Assembly (NCBI GenBank): GCA_965203315.1
Contig: OZ241857.1
Span: 1,472,001-1,536,000, forward strand
From: Nitrosopumilus sp.
Lineage (GTDB): Archaea; Thermoproteota; Nitrososphaeria; Nitrososphaerales; Nitrosopumilaceae
Length of the DNA stretch: 64,000 nt
Direction: 5' to 3'
In this document: positions 62,156 through 64,000 of the stretch, in pieces
Position numbering within the stretch: the first letter of the stretch is position 1
Layout: each line of letters starts with the position of its first letter
Made by a program: the position numbers and the translations under genes
The notes under the pieces: model-generated
What the model was told of the DNA's origin: nothing
The model's input: the letters and a program-made list of their open reading frames with translations, nothing else
The model's database searches: none

Positions 62156-63145
62156 TCACTTCTTGAATATAGGTCCATGCGTGTATACTTTGCGTTGAAT
62201 TGATTTAGAGTTAAAGAACGATTTGTAATTGCTATATCTGTCATGTCTATAGTTTGCAACTTCGTTCTTAATACTAGTATTGAACTCTTTAACTGCATAC
62301 TTTATGTCATACTTTGCTCGGAAGCCAGATTTGCCTAATTTCTCACCTGACACACGATAATTTCTCTTATCTATAATGTCTTCTGAGATCTCTATTTCAC
62401 ATGGTATTAGTTTCTTGATCTGCTTTGCCATGTCCTCTATAGTTAAATTCTTCCAAACTACATTATAGATGCCTTCCATATTATTTTCTACAGCATAGCT
62501 AAATGCTAGAGCTGCATCATAAACATGTAGAAATGGCCTCCATTGATTACCGCCAAATACAACTAGTTTCTCTCTGTTTAACGCTTGAGCAATAAACAGA
62601 TTGATCGCAAGATCAAATCTCATTCTATGTGATGCTCCAAAAAGTGTCCCTAATCGAAGAATGGTGGGATAGTCATAAGCTTGGAGAATTGCTCGTTCTG
62701 ATTGAAATTTTGATTGACCATACGAATCTAATGGATTTACTTCCGAGTTTTCTCTAATTATTTGATTTGGCTGTGCTCCGTATACTGAACATGTGCTTGC
62801 AAAGATTATCTGTTTGATATTGTATAGTTTACACAGATCTGCCAAATTCCGAGTAGATAAATAATTAATCTCTATGGATGTCTTGGGGTCCAATTCGGAC
62901 GATTGAGTACCAACTATGGATGCAAGATGAATTACACTATCAATATTTTTCAATGAACTACTGACTGCCCCCAAGTCACGAATGTCGCCTTGTACCAACT
63001 CTAGTTTATCTGATTTAATCTCTTTGAGTGAATCTCTACCAAACAGAAAGTTATCTAATACTCTAACATGGTGCCCTTTCTTCAAGAGTATCCTAGTTAG
63101 AACCGAGCCCAGATACCCAGAGCCTCCAGTAAGCAAGATGTTCAT
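62156..63145 (-). CDS. NAD-dependent sugar epimerase/dehydratase
   Basis: TGGSGYLGS, HLASIVG, STCSVYG, YGQSK, RMRFDL. Confidence 0.9.
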   Translation of the reverse strand: MNILLTGGSGYLGSVLTRILLKKGHHVRVLDNFLFGRDSLKEIKSDKLELVQGDIRDLGAVSSSLKNIDSVIHLASIVGTQSSELDPKTSIEINYLSTRNLADLCKLYNIKQIIFASTCSVYGAQPNQIIRENSEVNPLDSYGQSKFQSERAILQAYDYPTILRLGTLFGASHRMRFDLAINLFIAQALNREKLVVFGGNQWRPFLHVYDAALAFSYAVENNMEGIYNVVWKNLTIEDMAKQIKKLIPCEIEISEDIIDKRNYRVSGEKLGKSGFRAKYDIKYAVKEFNTSIKNEVANYRHDRYSNYKSFFNSKSIQRKVYTHGPIFKK

Positions 63146-63588
63146 CTGTGTTTAACCCTCCATACATTACCAAATATATGAGGATCGAGTCGTTCATCAT
63201 CTGGATTCTCACTATCAAAAGATTCAGTTGACATGCCTAGTATTACAGTATCGTCAGATAACGACATCCACCCAGTATATATTCCAGGTGGAACATATAG
63301 TACAGATGGTTTCAAATGAGATATTACGAATGTATCGATCTGCTTGTATGTTCTACTGTCTTGACGATCATCTACTAGAACAAACTTTGCGGTACCTGAC
63401 GTAACAAAGAATGCTTTATGTTCTATTTTGTGTTTATGAAATCCTCGTATTGTTCCATAAGCATAGTTTCCAGTAGTGTATATCCTTCTTATGCTGAATT
63501 TGTCTTGACCTTCAGGCAGTATCTGTGATAGAAATCCACGATCATCGATAAAAGTCTCGACATAATTATGCTCTACTCCGTCAATCAA
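63142..63588 (-). CDS. rmlC: RmlC-like dTDP-sugar epimerase cupin
   Basis: DDRGF, IRGFHKH, VDDRQDS.TY, LYVPPG. Confidence 0.8.
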   Translation of the reverse strand: MIDGVEHNYVETFIDDRGFLSQILPEGQDKFSIRRIYTTGNYAYGTIRGFHKHKIEHKAFFVTSGTAKFVLVDDRQDSRTYKQIDTFVISHLKPSVLYVPPGIYTGWMSLSDDTVILGMSTESFDSENPDDERLDPHIFGNVWRVKHR

Positions 63589-63846
63589 CCACTTCTATTA
63601 GATGATGTGCTATTAATTCTATTCGATAATTCGTATGTACAAGGATGTTTAACTTTGAGCGGTAAGATTCTACTGTGTAGGATTCTACAACATAAATCTT
63701 AAAACTGTGTTTGTAAATTAAACTATTGAGTCATTTGTATGAGAACATACATTTGTGTTTAGAAGGATTAAGGATTCACACAATGTTAATGATCATACAC
63801 TATGCTAAAAGAACCAATAAAACAATAACGCAGATTCATTGTTTCT

Positions 63847-64000
63847 TTACCTAGAATAATCTGGATATAGTTGATCATTCCATCTTTTTTTATAGGCACT
63901 TATTGACTTGCTAGTATTGATCTTTGGATGATCCCACCATATCTTTGGAGTAGATATCTCTTGAGAGCGAGACTCTAATGCAGATATGGTCTTTTCTGCA
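63847..64000 (-). CDS. C-terminal fragment of a gene entering from beyond the window
   Basis: Open frame AEKTISALESRSQEISTPKIWWDHPK...YPDYSR*. Confidence 0.5.
   Translation of the reverse strand, partial: AEKTISALESRSQEISTPKIWWDHPKINTSKSISAYKKRWNDQLYPDYSR

Noticed and set aside
1-64000. tRNA/rRNA genes and the many short antisense ORFs in the track
   Set aside because: No GC-rich cloverleaf or rRNA-like segment seen; antisense ORFs overlap well-supported genes and lack motifs

Overview
This 64-kb window looks like an archaeal genome of the Nitrosopumilaceae (Thaumarchaeota), inferred from the gene set (tgtA, kae1/bud32, taw1, csl4, hel308, CBS-TrkH, DUF354). The heavy IS load and pseudogenes suggest a host-associated lineage, but that is inference. 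A core backbone (tRNA modification/KEOPS, exosome, pheA, K+ transport, two tandem thrombospondin-type-3 repeat proteins) is interrupted by accessory DNA. Mobile elements: two identical 1463-bp IS5-family copies, an ISL2-like IS5 element, an interrupted IS66, an IS1595 remnant, two nested ISH3-like elements inside a DinG/XPD helicase, and a complete IS6-family element. Five dispersed 78-120-bp MITEs share the IS6 ends, and three of them separate consecutive genes at the start of the surface-glycosylation cluster. That cluster also has A16 and G12 homopolymer tracts inside glycosyltransferase genes, and near-identical DNA patches shared between divergent paralogues. Candidate defence or toxin-antitoxin modules are a KAP NTPase, an ABC/AAA_21 ATPase + TOPRIM-like pair and three YwgA/Panacea-like genes. 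I saw no tRNA, rRNA or CRISPR array. All coordinates and counts were read by eye and no database searches were run.
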